Below, piece by piece: positions 34,567-43,462 of a DNA stretch of 64,000 nucleotides; positions within the stretch are counted from its first letter, which is position 1; every line of letters begins with the position of its first letter. Both the position numbers and the translations under genes were made by a program. The notes under the pieces are model-generated. The model did no database searches and was not told the DNA's origin. It saw only the letters and a program-made list of their open reading frames with translations. Origin of the DNA: Bacteroidales bacterium (lineage in GTDB: Bacteria > Bacteroidota > Bacteroidia > Bacteroidales > VadinHA17); contig JAWLEO010000009.1 of NCBI GenBank assembly GCA_041686075.1, forward strand, positions 30,488 to 94,487, read 5' to 3'.

Positions 34567-35706
34567 ATGGCTGAAGCCGCAAAGGGAAAGACAATAATCA
34601 GCTATAAAGATCTGGATGTTAAGCTCACCAATCGTGCTGATGAACATATACTGGCCCTGTTAAAACGCACAGTCCTGGGTACCAGGGGAGGCATGAGGCA
34701 CCAGCTCATGCACATAAAAGAAAAGATATCAGCTTACAGGGACAATATCCGGTTTGTTTCCCTTTATAAAAAGGACAGGCTCACCGGAACGATCGGTTTC
34801 TGTTACCGTAAGATAATGACCGCAGGCAAATATTTCCACAGCTCTTATCTCAGATACTTCGCTTTCATGCCTCTTTTCCAGGCTGCCCTGGATTCCAGGG
34901 GTTCTAGCCCGGGCAAGCGACTGGCCGGCAAGGAGGAAAGATGGAAAGAAAGGGTGTTTGCTTTTATCCGTAAACCGCAGATGCTGGATTACCCGGGCTA
35001 TGAGAAGGGTGAAAAACACGTGGTTTATGCTTACGTGGAAAGCAAAAATGAAAGATCAAAAAACATTATTCGCCAGGTGGGCTTTGAACATATCAGAACT
35101 TTCTCTACCGTGGCCTTCAGCCGTTTCAATCCCAGCCAATCAGACGAAGTGGTCAAGCTCCGGGCAAGCGAAGTAAAGAAAATGAAATCACTTCTTGAAA
35201 AATTCTACGCCGGGCATTCCTTTTTTTCAGATGAGTTCAGCTTCTATGATAATAGATTTTATGTCATAAAAGAAGACGATGAAATTGTTGCAGGCTTATC
35301 TGTTATACCTTCGTCATTCAGGATCGTGGACATTCCCGGTGCCTGGGGCTGGATGTTTATGAAAATATTGCCGTTTATACCCTTTTTTAGAAAAGTTTTT
35401 CAGCCTGAAGAACTCCGTTTTTTGGTCTTTGAATCTATCTTCTTTAAAGAGGGAAGGGAAAAATGCCTGGAGAGACTTATGGAATCAGCATGTGCCATTG
35501 AAGGTTATAAGCTGGCCCTGCTATGGCTCGATGACCGGAGTGACTTATATGAGGCGGTCAGTACGCGAATAAAGCTGGGAGCATTGAACAAAATCCTCGA
35601 TGCCCAGGCCGCTATGGTTTTTGCCAGTTTCATTAATTTCTCAGCGGAAGAAAAGAAGCCATTCTTTAAACAGCCGGCGTATATTTCGGGCTTTGATTTT
35701 ACATGA
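34567..35706 (+). CDS. hypothetical protein, possible tandem GNAT-fold acyltransferase
   Basis: 379-aa ORF. The segment AYVESKNERSKNIIRQVGFEHI resembles the GNAT motif-A neighbourhood. No firm assignment. Confidence 0.4.
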   Translation: MAEAAKGKTIISYKDLDVKLTNRADEHILALLKRTVLGTRGGMRHQLMHIKEKISAYRDNIRFVSLYKKDRLTGTIGFCYRKIMTAGKYFHSSYLRYFAFMPLFQAALDSRGSSPGKRLAGKEERWKERVFAFIRKPQMLDYPGYEKGEKHVVYAYVESKNERSKNIIRQVGFEHIRTFSTVAFSRFNPSQSDEVVKLRASEVKKMKSLLEKFYAGHSFFSDEFSFYDNRFYVIKEDDEIVAGLSVIPSSFRIVDIPGAWGWMFMKILPFIPFFRKVFQPEELRFLVFESIFFKEGREKCLERLMESACAIEGYKLALLWLDDRSDLYEAVSTRIKLGALNKILDAQAAMVFASFINFSAEEKKPFFKQPAYISGFDFT

Positions 35707-35725
35707 TTTCCGGGCAATAAAAATT

Positions 35726-36448
35726 AAGGCTGAGGCTGAGGCTAAGGCTAAGGTTCCCTCCTCCGCTGAAGCTTCGGAGGGCAGAGAGAAGGCTGAGGCT
35801 GAGGCTAAGGCTAAGGTTCCCTCCTCCGCTGAAGCTTCGGAGGGTAGAGAGAAGGCTGAGGCTAAGGCTAAGGCTAAGGCTAGGAATATCTTCGATGATT
35901 TATTTAGATGATTTATAATGAATTTTAATTTTTTGCTTATTTTTATATAACGATCGGTAATAGTATTCGCTGCATTTATTCATTAGATAAACTATTCACA
36001 GAAATTAAAATGGCATATAAAGATTTTACTGAGATGCCTGTTTGGAAGAAAGCATTTTATCTTCTTTTATTAGTATACAGGTTAACCAAAAAATACCCTG
36101 CTGAGGAGAAATTCTTTTTGGTATCAGATATGCGTAGAGCTGCTCATTCGGTTACTAATAATACCGCAGAAGGTTTTGGCAGATATGAATCATTTGATAA
36201 AACCAGGTTTTATAAAATAGCTAGGGGTAGCTGTTACGAGCTTATTAATCAAAGTCTTGCCTCGAGAGCACTAGATTATATTACAAGTCATGAAAAGGAT
36301 GAACTGGTAAATGGATACCGTGATGTTATTTCCGAATTAGATTCCATGATAAAAACCATCGAAACCACAAAAAAAGAAATACACCGGTACTGATTTAAAT
36401 TTATAATAGCTCAATTCTCTCCTTAGCCTTAGCCTCAGCCTTAGCCTT
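35726..36448. repeat. inverted-repeat cassette 2: (RAGGCT)n arms around a four-helix-bundle gene; the left arm carries a 63-bp tandem duplication
   Basis: The left region 35726-35884 holds 63-bp units at 35726-35788 and 35789-35851 plus a partial third. Each unit is (RAGGCT)4-5 plus the hairpin CCTCCG-ctgaagctt-CGGAGG. The right arm ctccttagccttagcctcagccttagcctt (36419-36448) is its complement. Confidence 0.8.
36010..36393 (+). CDS. four-helix-bundle protein (23S rRNA IVS protein / Avd family)
   Basis: 127 aa with the family pattern RRAAHSVTNNTAEGFGRYESFDKTRFYKIARGSCYEL. Confidence 0.75.
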   Translation: MAYKDFTEMPVWKKAFYLLLLVYRLTKKYPAEEKFFLVSDMRRAAHSVTNNTAEGFGRYESFDKTRFYKIARGSCYELINQSLASRALDYITSHEKDELVNGYRDVISELDSMIKTIETTKKEIHRY

Positions 36449-36530
36449 CTTATTCCTTGAATATCCGGAATAATCTTGCTAATATTACACCATCCTGAGA
36501 ACCTTGCCTTAACTATTTAATAAACTTCAA

Positions 36531-36707
36531 ATGAAACACATAAGCCTCTCGCTGATCTTATTCCTCCTACTGGCTGCCTGCAGCAAAAATATTAAGCATG
36601 AAGGCGGGCCTCATGACCTCGTGTTTGATGACCTGGTCTCTTCATGGGATGAGGCAGCAAACTCTTTGAAAATATTATATTTAGAGCAAAAGAAGAATAA
36701 CACGTAA
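36531..36707 (+). pseudogene. 58-codon lipoprotein-signal ORF, possibly the N-terminal remnant of a larger gene
   Basis: MKHISLSLILFLLLAAC lipobox, then ...HDLVFDDLVSSWDEA..., stopping 10 nt before the GH29 gene. It is below the ORF-track cutoff and was read by hand. Confidence 0.3.
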
Positions 36708-36717
36708 AATTGATAAT

Positions 36718-38031
36718 ATGAAAGAAAAAGTTACCTACCTCCTGCTTGTAATATTAATTACTATCTGCAGCCTGCCCCTCCAGGCCCAGGAGGGCAAAAA
36801 AGAAAAAGCTGAGAGAATGCAATGGTTCGAAGAAGCAAAACTGGGTATTTTCATTCACTGGGGCATCTATGCCGTAAAAGGCATTGATGAGTCATGGTCG
36901 TTTTATAACGGTTATATCTCTTACGATGACTATATGAAGCAACTGGAGGGCTTCACTGCAGATAATTATAATGCTGCGAAGTGGGCTTCCCTGATAAAGG
37001 AAAGCGGTGCCCGCTACGCGGTGCTGACCAGCAAGCACCATGATGGTGTGGCTTTGTGGGACTCAAGGTATAGTGACCTCAACGTGGTGGACCAAACACC
37101 GGCAGGAAGAGACCTTATAGAGCCCTTTGTAAAGGAACTCCGGAAGAAAAAACTGGAAGTGGGACTTTACTATTCATTGCTCGACTGGTCGCATCCCGAT
37201 TATCCTAATTTCACCCGTGAAAAGAAAAGGTACACGGACGACCCCGAGAGACATGCTGCATTTACCGAGTTTAACCACGGCCAGATAGTTGAGTTAAGTA
37301 AGAAGTATAAACCTGATCTTTTCTGGTTTGATGGCGACTGGGAGCAGAGTGCCGAATGGTGGAAGGCAAAGGAAATAAGAGATATGGTGCTGGATTATAA
37401 AAGTGATGCTATTATTAACAGTAGACTCCAGGGATACGGAGATTATGACACACCGGAACAGGGATTGCCCGTGAAAGCACCGGATAGTGAATACTGGGAA
37501 CTATGCATGACCATGAATGACTCATGGGGCTACCAGCATAATGACAATAACTATAAAAGTAGCTCCCAGATAATAAGGATATTTGCCGAATGCCTGTCAA
37601 TGGGTGGCAACCTCCTGCTTGACATAGGCCCCATGGCTGATGGCACCATACCTGGGGAGCAGGTAAATATACTGGAAGAAATGGGGAGGTGGACATCCAA
37701 GCACAGCGAAGCAATTTACGGGACAAAGGCCGGCTTGCCCCCGGGGTGTTTCTATGGTCCATCCACCCTTTCGCCCGACAGTACAAAATTGTACCTTTTC
37801 ATGGATGGCAGGCACGTTGACGGTCAGCTGATGCTGGAAGGAGTGAAAAACAAGATAAACAGGATATACGTGGTGGGGAACGGCACCAGGCTCGAGCATA
37901 AAGAATACCTCAGGCCTTACTGGAGCAATCATGCAGGTTTGATATTTATTGATGTGCCTGACGAAGTGGTGGACGATAAGATGACGGTGATCTGCCTTAT
38001 TCTGAATGGGAAAATTGACCTGGGATATTAA
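36718..38031 (+). CDS. GH29 alpha-L-fucosidase
   Basis: 437 aa with a signal peptide, GIFIHWGIYA and TSKHHDGVALWDS. Confidence 0.8.
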   Translation: MKEKVTYLLLVILITICSLPLQAQEGKKEKAERMQWFEEAKLGIFIHWGIYAVKGIDESWSFYNGYISYDDYMKQLEGFTADNYNAAKWASLIKESGARYAVLTSKHHDGVALWDSRYSDLNVVDQTPAGRDLIEPFVKELRKKKLEVGLYYSLLDWSHPDYPNFTREKKRYTDDPERHAAFTEFNHGQIVELSKKYKPDLFWFDGDWEQSAEWWKAKEIRDMVLDYKSDAIINSRLQGYGDYDTPEQGLPVKAPDSEYWELCMTMNDSWGYQHNDNNYKSSSQIIRIFAECLSMGGNLLLDIGPMADGTIPGEQVNILEEMGRWTSKHSEAIYGTKAGLPPGCFYGPSTLSPDSTKLYLFMDGRHVDGQLMLEGVKNKINRIYVVGNGTRLEHKEYLRPYWSNHAGLIFIDVPDEVVDDKMTVICLILNGKIDLGY

Positions 38032-38032
38032 T

Positions 38033-38333
38033 AAGGCTAAGGCTGAGGCTAAGGAGGGCATCCGGGTGATTGCAATATGCTTATTGCTATTTTTGGGGAT
38101 ATTAAACATATTCAGGGGTAATAGGGTTGAAAAAGTTGAATAAAGTTGAGAAGAATAAGTTTAAAACGAGAAGGTTTAAGTGATTTATATTGGACTTAAG
38201 AAATAAACTTTTAGACTATTTATCTTTAGACTGCCGACTGGACCGGCGAGGTTCTAAATCCTTGAATGCAAACCAGAAAATTGAAACCCTCCTCTATTCC
38301 TTAGCCTTAGCCTTAGCCTTAGCCTCAGCCTTA
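38033..38333. repeat. ORF-less inverted-repeat element with (RAGGCT)n arms
   Basis: Left arm aaggctaaggctgaggctaagg (38033-38054). Right arm ccttagccttagccttagccttagcctcagcctta (38299-38333). The ~245-bp A/T/G-rich loop has no credible ORF. Confidence 0.75.
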
Positions 38334-38912
38334 TTTCCTAACTATCCCGTAAAACAATATATCAATAATGGCATCAAGGCGGGCATCAATGCCATAGTTT
38401 CTTTTCTCCCAAAAAAGCGGCAGTTCCAGTCCTTTCAGGGCTGTTTGTACTGCCAGTGCCGCAAGCCCGGTGTTTTCAAGGTTGAAATGACCCGAACGTA
38501 CCCCCATCCACAAGACATAACGTATCAGGGCTATCTCCATCAGATCATATTTCTCCCGTTGTTTTTCTATGAAATTAAAATGATCAAGATCCCTGTTGAA
38601 TATCGCATTGTAATAATTGGATAATTTTTCGAACGACTTCATTCTTACCTTAACATACCTTCTTAATCTCAGCTCAGGATCATCAGTGCTTTTTATGGCT
38701 GCAGATAGCTCATTCCTAAGCACTTGTGCTTCGTGGTCAACTACCGCTTCAAAAATTTCTTCCTTACTTTTAAAATAGTAATATATCGAACTTTTACCCT
38801 TGTTCAATGCCCTGGCAATCTCCTCCATGGTCGTTTTCTTAAAGCCGTAGCGACTGAATATCTTACTGGCACTCAGTACTATCTTTTCTCTAAATTTTTC
38901 TTTGTCAACCAT
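38331..38912 (-). CDS. TetR/AcrR family transcriptional regulator
   Basis: 193 aa with N-terminal HTH FSRYGFKKTTMEEIARALNKGKSSIYYYF. Its stop codon lies inside the repeat arm. Confidence 0.8.
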   Translation of the reverse strand: MVDKEKFREKIVLSASKIFSRYGFKKTTMEEIARALNKGKSSIYYYFKSKEEIFEAVVDHEAQVLRNELSAAIKSTDDPELRLRRYVKVRMKSFEKLSNYYNAIFNRDLDHFNFIEKQREKYDLMEIALIRYVLWMGVRSGHFNLENTGLAALAVQTALKGLELPLFWEKRNYGIDARLDAIIDILFYGIVRK

Positions 38913-39015
38913 TTGCTGAAAAATTCAGTTACAGGTGCAAGTTATTCATATTATTCATTAAAAGAAATTGTTTGATGAATTTTTTAGAATTAATCGGTCG
39001 AATATTCGAATAATA

Positions 39016-39578
39016 GCAGGGAGCAGGGAGCAGGGAGAATGCAATAATCTGTAATAATTCATATATTTATTTAAAAATTATTAGTTTATAACTCGTTGCA
39101 TTAAAACTGGAAGAACATGAAAAATTTTCGATTTGAAGATTTAAAGATTTGGCATGATGCCATTAATCTCGGAGACAGGCTATTTGATATTGCAGAAATA
39201 GCTGATAGCAAAAAGCTCTATAAATTTGCGGAGCAATTAAGAAGCTCAGGTTTATCAATTTCAAATAATATAGCAGAAGGAGCCGGGTCTTTTTCAAAAA
39301 AGGAATTCAGTCAATTCCTTAATATTGCCAGAAGATCAGTTTTTGAGTGTGCAAATATGATTATAATATTCCACAGAAGATTAATAATTGATGATTTAGT
39401 TAAAACCGAAATTATAAGTGATCTGGCTTACTTAAGCAAAAGAATTACATCTTTCAGGAACTCACTTATATAACATAAGCTTCTTCGGACCCTTAGTGAG
39501 GCTTCCAAACTATTTACTAGCAGAGTGAAGTAGGTAATTTAACTTTATTCCCTGCTCCCTGCTCCCTGCTCCCTGCTC
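39016..39578. repeat. inverted-repeat cassette 3: (GCAGGGA)n arms around a four-helix-bundle gene
   Basis: The left arm gcagggagcagggagcagggag (39016-39037) is complementary to the right arm tccctgctccctgctccctgctccctgctc (39549-39578). Confidence 0.8.
39117..39473 (+). CDS. four-helix-bundle protein (23S rRNA IVS protein / Avd family)
   Basis: 118 aa with the family pattern QLRSSGLSISNNIAEGAGSFSKKEFSQFLNIARRSVFE. Confidence 0.75.
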   Translation: MKNFRFEDLKIWHDAINLGDRLFDIAEIADSKKLYKFAEQLRSSGLSISNNIAEGAGSFSKKEFSQFLNIARRSVFECANMIIIFHRRLIIDDLVKTEIISDLAYLSKRITSFRNSLI

Positions 39579-40377
39579 AACCTGCCTTAATCCTGTGTCT
39601 TCTCAAGCTTATTATGAGGCCCACAACTCCCAGCAGTATGAAAGGCAGGCTTAACCACTGGCCCATGTTAAGGGCCATGCCTGATTCAAAAGCAACCTGG
39701 TCTTCCTTCACGAATTCAACAAAAAGCCGGAATGTGAAAACCAGTATCAGGAAGAGGCTGAAAGGCACGCCACTGATAAATTCCCCTTTTTTCCTCCAGT
39801 ATATCCTGTAAAGAACTATGAAGGTGATCAAGTATGCAAGCGCTTCATATATCTGGGTGGGATGCTTTGGAACCGTTTCCCCGGCGCGCAGGAATACAAA
39901 GCCCCATGGCAATGTTGTTTCAACACCATATATCTCGGAATTCATAAGGTTGCCAAGGCGTATCAGGGCCCCGCCGAGGGCAACTACAATCACTATCCGG
40001 TCGAGTATCCATATATAAGGTTTCTTCTCCTTCCTTACAAAAAGCCATAGAACAAAGAGGATACCAATGGCTGCTCCATGGCTGGCCAGTCCACCCCTCC
40101 ATACTTTAAGTATCTCAAGAGGGTTACTCAGGTAATAAGATGGTTCGTAAAAAAGGCAATGACCGAGGCGGGCACCTACTATGGTACCAATAGCTACATA
40201 TATGGTTAACCTGTCAAGCACTTCATCCCTTAATCCTTCATTCCTGAAGATCTTCTTGAAAATAAGGTAGCCTAAAAGAAAGCCCAGGGCAAATAGAACA
40301 CCGTACCACCTGGGTGCAAAATTTCCGATCCTGAATATTTCGGGATTAACATCCCAGGTTATAATAGCAAGTTCCAT
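39577..40377 (-). CDS. lgt: prolipoprotein diacylglyceryl transferase
   Basis: 266 aa, polytopic, Lgt-like (RWYGVLFALGF, WRGGLASHGA). Its stop codon lies in the repeat arm. Confidence 0.85.
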   Translation of the reverse strand: MELAIITWDVNPEIFRIGNFAPRWYGVLFALGFLLGYLIFKKIFRNEGLRDEVLDRLTIYVAIGTIVGARLGHCLFYEPSYYLSNPLEILKVWRGGLASHGAAIGILFVLWLFVRKEKKPYIWILDRIVIVVALGGALIRLGNLMNSEIYGVETTLPWGFVFLRAGETVPKHPTQIYEALAYLITFIVLYRIYWRKKGEFISGVPFSLFLILVFTFRLFVEFVKEDQVAFESGMALNMGQWLSLPFILLGVVGLIISLRRHRIKAG

Positions 40378-40527
40378 GACGATTCTTTTTGATACAGGGT
40401 GCTAAATTAAGAAATTTGTTTTATTGAATGAATTAAATCAGGTAAGCGCTTCAATTTTTGAAGGAGGCGCAGGAATGAAAAATGAAAAATTTCATGTAGG
40501 TTTGTAATCCTTTATTATATTTTTCTC

Positions 40528-42396
40528 ATGGGAACAGAAAGGCGAAAAATCAGCATATTGATCATATCGTCTCTGCTTATTGCGTCCTGTGCAAAGGTAA
40601 GCTCTCCCTCGGGCGGACCAAGGGATGAAGAGCCACCACAGGTGGTGAGCAGTGAGCCTGAAAATGCTTCGGTTAACTTCGAGAGTAAATCATTTGAAAT
40701 CACTTTCGACGAATATTTTGTTCTCGATAACGTAGACCAGGCCTTGATGATTTCGCCACCGCTTAAGGAAAAGCCCGAAATAAAGACCAGGGGAAAATCA
40801 CTTATAGTGGAAATGGATGAAGATGAGGAGCTCAATGATAATGTCACTTATTCCTTCAATTTCCTTAACTCCATAAAAGACCTGAATGAGAATAATCCGA
40901 TTACAAATTTCAAATATGTATTCTCAACAGGTGATCACATTGATTCACTATCGGTGACCGGGTATATTTATGATGCCTTTGATCTTGAAGCAGGAGAAGA
41001 AATACTGGTTTTGCTTCATTCACAAATGGCCGACAGCGTACCACGGACAGTATTACCCTCCTATATTACCAGGGCCCTGGAAAACGGGAAGTTCCGAATA
41101 GACAATATCGCTGCCGGGGAATACAAAATATACGGGCTTAAAGATGGTAATAACAACAAGAAATATGACCCCCCAAATGAAGCCTTTGCTTTTTTGGACT
41201 CTTCAATATATATAAGTCCAGCCAATAACTATATACCTCACCGGCCCGACACCATACCTGCTGAATCCGATTCAACGCTTGTAAGCGTACAGGATACAGC
41301 ACAAATTGATTCCGAAAATCTTGCTGACTCCATGATATATGAACGTATCCCGGGTAAAGAGTATGAACTTTTCTATTTTGTTGCCCCTAACAAACAACAA
41401 TACCTTAGCGGAACAGACCGTCCAGCTCCTTACCATTTGCAATTCACTTTTGCCCTGCCCGTTGATACCTCTTCGTTTAAGTTACAGTTTGCTGACACTG
41501 AAAGAGAGGTTCAATACATCCGGGAAGTGTCAGCAGAAAAGGATACTTTCCGGATATGGCTCACCGACAGCGCATTTTATTCCCGTGAATTGATCACTGT
41601 TTACCTGGAACATCCTGCAACCGACACACTGGGACAACTTCAAATGGTGCTTGATACAATAAAGCTAAGGTACAGGACCCCGGTGCGTGGCAGGGAAGCA
41701 AGAGCTATAACGGCAGTGAGCCTGCCCTTCACCACAAACCTGTCACAACCGGCCGGACTGAAACCGGGACAAAAACCCGAGTTTGTCTTCCAAACCCCTA
41801 TGCTCGACCCTGACACTTCACTCATAAGACTTTATCTGAAGAGCGATACACTGTTGGAGAAAAAGGAATATACGGTTCAGCGTGACAGCCTTAACCCAAA
41901 AAAATTCAAGCTTGAAACAGACCTGGTGGCCGACAGCTCCTACGTGCTTGTTATGGATCAAGGTGCGTTCAGCAATATCTACGGTCATACAAATGACTCC
42001 AGCTCTTACACTTTCAAGGCCAGGCATCCCGAACAGTTTGGTAAACTCACAATGAATATAACAGCTTATGAAGGAGATATTATTGTTCAGCTTATGGACT
42101 CGGGGGAAAAGCTTGTAAGGGAGGAAAAAATGACCCTCCCGGATGAAAAAAGCCTTGTATTTCAATACCTGGACAGCAAGGAGTATATCATAAAAGTTAT
42201 TTGCGATATTGACGGAAACGGGAAATGGACAACAGGGGATTATGACCTTAAACGTCAACCCGAACCTGTATCCTACTACCCGAAAAAAATAAATGTTAAG
42301 GCAGGATGGGAAATGATAGAAGACTGGGCCTTAACAGATCTCAGGCAAAAGAATGAAACTATCAGCAGCACCAGGGGTAAAGTTGAAGAAAAATAA
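40528..42396 (+). CDS. Ig-like (SbsA-type) domain lipoprotein, function unknown
   Basis: 622 aa with lipobox LLIASC and an N-terminal PPQVVSSEPENASVNF Ig-like segment. Confidence 0.5.
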   Translation: MGTERRKISILIISSLLIASCAKVSSPSGGPRDEEPPQVVSSEPENASVNFESKSFEITFDEYFVLDNVDQALMISPPLKEKPEIKTRGKSLIVEMDEDEELNDNVTYSFNFLNSIKDLNENNPITNFKYVFSTGDHIDSLSVTGYIYDAFDLEAGEEILVLLHSQMADSVPRTVLPSYITRALENGKFRIDNIAAGEYKIYGLKDGNNNKKYDPPNEAFAFLDSSIYISPANNYIPHRPDTIPAESDSTLVSVQDTAQIDSENLADSMIYERIPGKEYELFYFVAPNKQQYLSGTDRPAPYHLQFTFALPVDTSSFKLQFADTEREVQYIREVSAEKDTFRIWLTDSAFYSRELITVYLEHPATDTLGQLQMVLDTIKLRYRTPVRGREARAITAVSLPFTTNLSQPAGLKPGQKPEFVFQTPMLDPDTSLIRLYLKSDTLLEKKEYTVQRDSLNPKKFKLETDLVADSSYVLVMDQGAFSNIYGHTNDSSSYTFKARHPEQFGKLTMNITAYEGDIIVQLMDSGEKLVREEKMTLPDEKSLVFQYLDSKEYIIKVICDIDGNGKWTTGDYDLKRQPEPVSYYPKKINVKAGWEMIEDWALTDLRQKNETISSTRGKVEEK

Positions 42397-42420
42397 TCGT
42401 CTCAATATAATTATGGAATA

Positions 42421-43377
42421 ATGAATGAAAAAGAAATAGTAGCAGGCATTGATATAGGGGGTACAAATACTGCTTATGGACTTGTAAATAAAGAAGGCAA
42501 GATAATATCTGAAGGCAGCCTGACAACCGACCGGTCACCCCGGCCCGATGGCTTTATAAAAAAACTCGCCGCGGAAATCAATAAGCTTGCCGCTGATGTT
42601 AAAGGCATGGATCTTAAAGGAGTCGGCATAGGCGCACCCAACGGAAATCACAATAAAGGAACAATCGAACTGGCACCCAACCTTGCATGGAAGGGCATTG
42701 TTCCCTTTGCCGATAAAATGGAGAAAGAACTAAAGAAAGCCGTTGTTCTCACCAATGACGCCAATGCGGCAGCAGTTGGCGAGATGCTCTTCGGGGGCGC
42801 CAGGGGAATGACCGACTTTCTGATACTTACCCTTGGGACAGGGCTTGGAAGCGGCTTCGTGGTGAATAATGAAGTGGTATACGGCAATTCGGGATTTGCA
42901 GGTGAATACGGCCATGTCACAGTAATACCCGGGGGTAGGGAATGTGGCTGTGGAAGAAAGGGTTGCCTGGAAACCTACGTTTCAGCTACAGGCATTGTGC
43001 GAACTGTAAAAATATTCATGGAAGAAAGAAAAGAAGCCAGCCTGCTGAGGGAAATAAACCCTGCTGTGATCGATTCCAAAATGGTGGCAGAAGCAGCGGC
43101 AAAAGGAGATAAGCTGGCACTCGATGCTTTTGATTATACAGCTGAAATACTCGCACTGGCAATAGTGAACGCCGTCGTTGTTACAAGCCCTGAAGCTGTC
43201 TTCCTCTTCGGAGGACTGGCAAAAGCTGGTGACCTCCTCTTTGATCCACTCAGGAAATATGTTGATAAACTGGTGATGCCCGTGTTCAGGAATACCTTTG
43301 AGGTCTTGCCCTCGTCTATCCCCGAGACAAATGCCGCAGTCCTGGGAGCAGCAGCCCTGGCGTGGAAAGAACTATAA
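42421..43377 (+). CDS. ROK family sugar kinase (paralog 1)
   Basis: 318 aa with GIDIGGTNT, NDANAAAVGE and the zinc motif GHVTV...CGCGRKGCLETY. Confidence 0.85.
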   Translation: MNEKEIVAGIDIGGTNTAYGLVNKEGKIISEGSLTTDRSPRPDGFIKKLAAEINKLAADVKGMDLKGVGIGAPNGNHNKGTIELAPNLAWKGIVPFADKMEKELKKAVVLTNDANAAAVGEMLFGGARGMTDFLILTLGTGLGSGFVVNNEVVYGNSGFAGEYGHVTVIPGGRECGCGRKGCLETYVSATGIVRTVKIFMEERKEASLLREINPAVIDSKMVAEAAAKGDKLALDAFDYTAEILALAIVNAVVVTSPEAVFLFGGLAKAGDLLFDPLRKYVDKLVMPVFRNTFEVLPSSIPETNAAVLGAAALAWKEL

Positions 43378-43462
43378 GAGTTTATTTGGAATTATCATTG
43401 TTTAGTCATAACTTTATTAAAATAAAAGGTTCGGTTAGTTCAGAACTAAAATCTGGCATGCT

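Noticed and set aside
35600-35911. 103-aa ORF ending in KAEAEAKAKVPSSAEASEGREKAEAEAKAKV...
   Set aside because: It is a translation of the (RAGGCT)n / 63-bp tandem repeat. It overlaps the 3' end of the preceding gene and is low-complexity, with no independent coding signal.
38190-38624. 144-aa plus-strand ORF
   Set aside because: It starts in the loop of the ORF-less element, reads through the repeat arm (…LALALALASAL…) and then runs antisense to the TetR gene. It is not credible.
32955-39578. Diversity-generating retroelement (because the four-helix-bundle proteins are Avd-like)
   Set aside because: No reverse transcriptase ORF and no template/variable repeat pair with A-specific mismatches could be seen in the window.
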